In this document: piece by piece, positions 62,924 to 64,000 of the stretch
Layout: the number at the start of each line of letters is the position of its first letter
How positions within the stretch are numbered: position 1 is the stretch's first letter
Assembly: GCA_049606035.1 (NCBI GenBank)
Contig: JBMYVD010000003.1
Coordinates: 10,862-74,861, forward strand
DNA length: 64,000 nt
DNA from: Candidatus Poseidoniaceae archaeon
Lineage (GTDB): Archaea > Thermoplasmatota > Poseidoniia > Poseidoniales > Poseidoniaceae
Direction: 5' to 3'
Notes under the pieces: model-generated
Told to the model about the DNA's origin: nothing
What the model saw: only the letters and a program-made list of their open reading frames with translations
Database searches by the model: none
Position numbers and translations under genes: made by a program

Positions 62924-63370
62924 TCACTCATAGACCCAAGACTGGCTGTCTTGAGTCCACTCGTTAACGCCTTCTGGGAACCAAAGTCCAAGTTCAAATT
63001 CTGCAGTTTCTGCAGCATCGGAACCGTGAATCATATTGTATCCGATATCCATTCCAAAGTCGCCTCTGATTGTACCAGGGGCAGCTTCTCTTCCGTTGGT
63101 AGGTCCAATCAGATTTCTTGCAACACTGATTGCATCTCTGCCAGACCAAGCCATGCATACAACTGGTCCGCTAGTTACGAATTTGATTAGACCTGGGAAA
63201 AACGGTCTTTCAGAGTGAACAGCATAATGTTCCTTAGCGATCTCTTCGCTAGGAATAACCTGTTTCAAACCTACAAGTTGTAGTCCCTTTCTTTCAAATC
63301 TCTGGATGATTTCTCCAACCAGTCCTCTTTGTACGCCATCAGGCTTTACCATAACATAGGTAGTCTCCAT
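62924..63370 (-). CDS. ndk: Nucleoside diphosphate kinase
   Basis: [19 protein letters not shown], then [17 protein letters not shown] and NMIHGSD (the active-site His). Confidence 0.92.
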   Translation of the reverse strand: METTYVMVKPDGVQRGLVGEIIQRFERKGLQLVGLKQVIPSEEIAKEHYAVHSERPFFPGLIKFVTSGPVVCMAWSGRDAISVARNLIGPTNGREAAPGTIRGDFGMDIGYNMIHGSDAAETAEFELGLWFPEGVNEWTQDSQSWVYE

Positions 63371-63441
63371 AGTAATTCCACCATTGGCTGCGACCAACAC
63401 GCCCTATTTGAGCGCAGCGATTGTATCGTCCTAGATGGATA

Positions 63442-63633
63442 TCACTGGATTCCGCCTTTTACGTAATGGCGGGTCCACTTTACCTTGCGTGAGTTTCGCT
63501 TTAGCTTGACCGCATTCTTGCGAGCCTTGCTGTTTGCGAACCACTGTACTGTACCGTCGCGGCGGATGAACATCAAACCTGTTCCAGGTTCGATAACATC
63601 GCCGGAAAAACTGCAAATTCTCTGTTCTGGCAT
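63442..63633 (-). CDS. rpl24e: 50S ribosomal protein L24e
   Basis: MPEQRICSFSGDVIEPGTGLMFIRRDGTVQWFANSKARKN is the eL24 N-terminal pattern. Confidence 0.88.
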   Translation of the reverse strand: MPEQRICSFSGDVIEPGTGLMFIRRDGTVQWFANSKARKNAVKLKRNSRKVKWTRHYVKGGIQ

Positions 63634-63638
63634 TTGTA

Positions 63639-63863
63639 TCACCTAAAGTTGAGTTTACGGGCTTCTCGGCCAGTATCGATTAGCATTAGAATATCGCCGA
63701 CACGAACAGGTCCTACCACGTTTCTTGTGATAATACGACCGACGTCTCTTGGATTTGGTGCATCGTTAACACGCACCTTGACTTGTGTAGCTTCACCAGT
63801 CATTCCGGTTCTGCCTACGATTTCGACGACCTCTGCTGGCCATCCTCCGAGTTCTTCAGACAT
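63639..63863 (-). CDS. rps28e: 30S ribosomal protein S28e
   Basis: [23 protein letters not shown]...[30 protein letters not shown] is the eS28 pattern. Confidence 0.9.
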   Translation of the reverse strand: MSEELGGWPAEVVEIVGRTGMTGEATQVKVRVNDAPNPRDVGRIITRNVVGPVRVGDILMLIDTGREARKLNFR

Positions 63864-63892
63864 TTCTTATTCCTCCGAATTCAGTTTGGTAT

Positions 63893-64000
63893 TCAGTTGT
63901 TTAGCCCCTTTACGAGCTCGACAACTTCGTTGAATTTTTCTTGAGCACCCTTTGATACTTCTAGTAGGGCTAAGGATGCAGTCTTGACGCCGCCTGGCAT
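63893..64000 (-). CDS. rpl7ae: 50S ribosomal protein L7Ae, C-terminal fragment (runs off the window)
   Basis: The minus-strand frame reads ...PGGVKTASLALLEVSKGAQEKFNEVVELVKGLNN then stops at 63893-63895. The call rests mainly on the conserved archaeal order L7Ae-S28e-L24e. Confidence 0.5.
   Translation of the reverse strand: MPGGVKTASLALLEVSKGAQEKFNEVVELVKGLNN

Overview
The window is a very gene-dense chromosomal segment. Most intergenic gaps are under 100 nt, and several gene pairs have overlapping or abutting stop and start codons. The informational genes are archaeal: L7Ae-S28e-L24e-Ndk-aIF5B, EF-1alpha-S10, S8e, SRP19, Sec61-beta, family-B DNA polymerase and Trm11-type and NSUN-type RNA methyltransferases. 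These sit beside a complete A1-type heme-copper oxidase operon (coxB-coxA-coxC-subunit IV-Sco) and many large secreted or membrane-anchored proteins with PKD, RCC1, TSP3-like and Asp-box elements. That mix suggests an aerobic, heterotrophic, uncultured marine euryarchaeote of Marine Group II/III type, but this is inference only. Three tRNAs are present: Arg-TCG, Ser-TGA and Leu-CAA. I found no rRNA, no CRISPR array and no clear transposon. I also found no convincing self-contained new defence or mobile system. The most unusual items are:
- Lineage-specific additions on every oxidase subunit: an extracytoplasmic domain fused to CoxI, a Sco domain split by three repeats, and His-rich loops.
- A membrane protein with a cytoplasmic SAP/HeH motif.
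- A ParA, ribbon-helix-helix and small-ORF cassette next to an orphan MoxR ATPase.
- A GINS-like protein with a long acidic linker.
- A lower-GC, integrase-flanked stretch carrying an amber-interrupted lipoprotein gene, a sulfotransferase and an RCC1 lipoprotein.

All functional calls come from motif recognition by eye. No searches were run.
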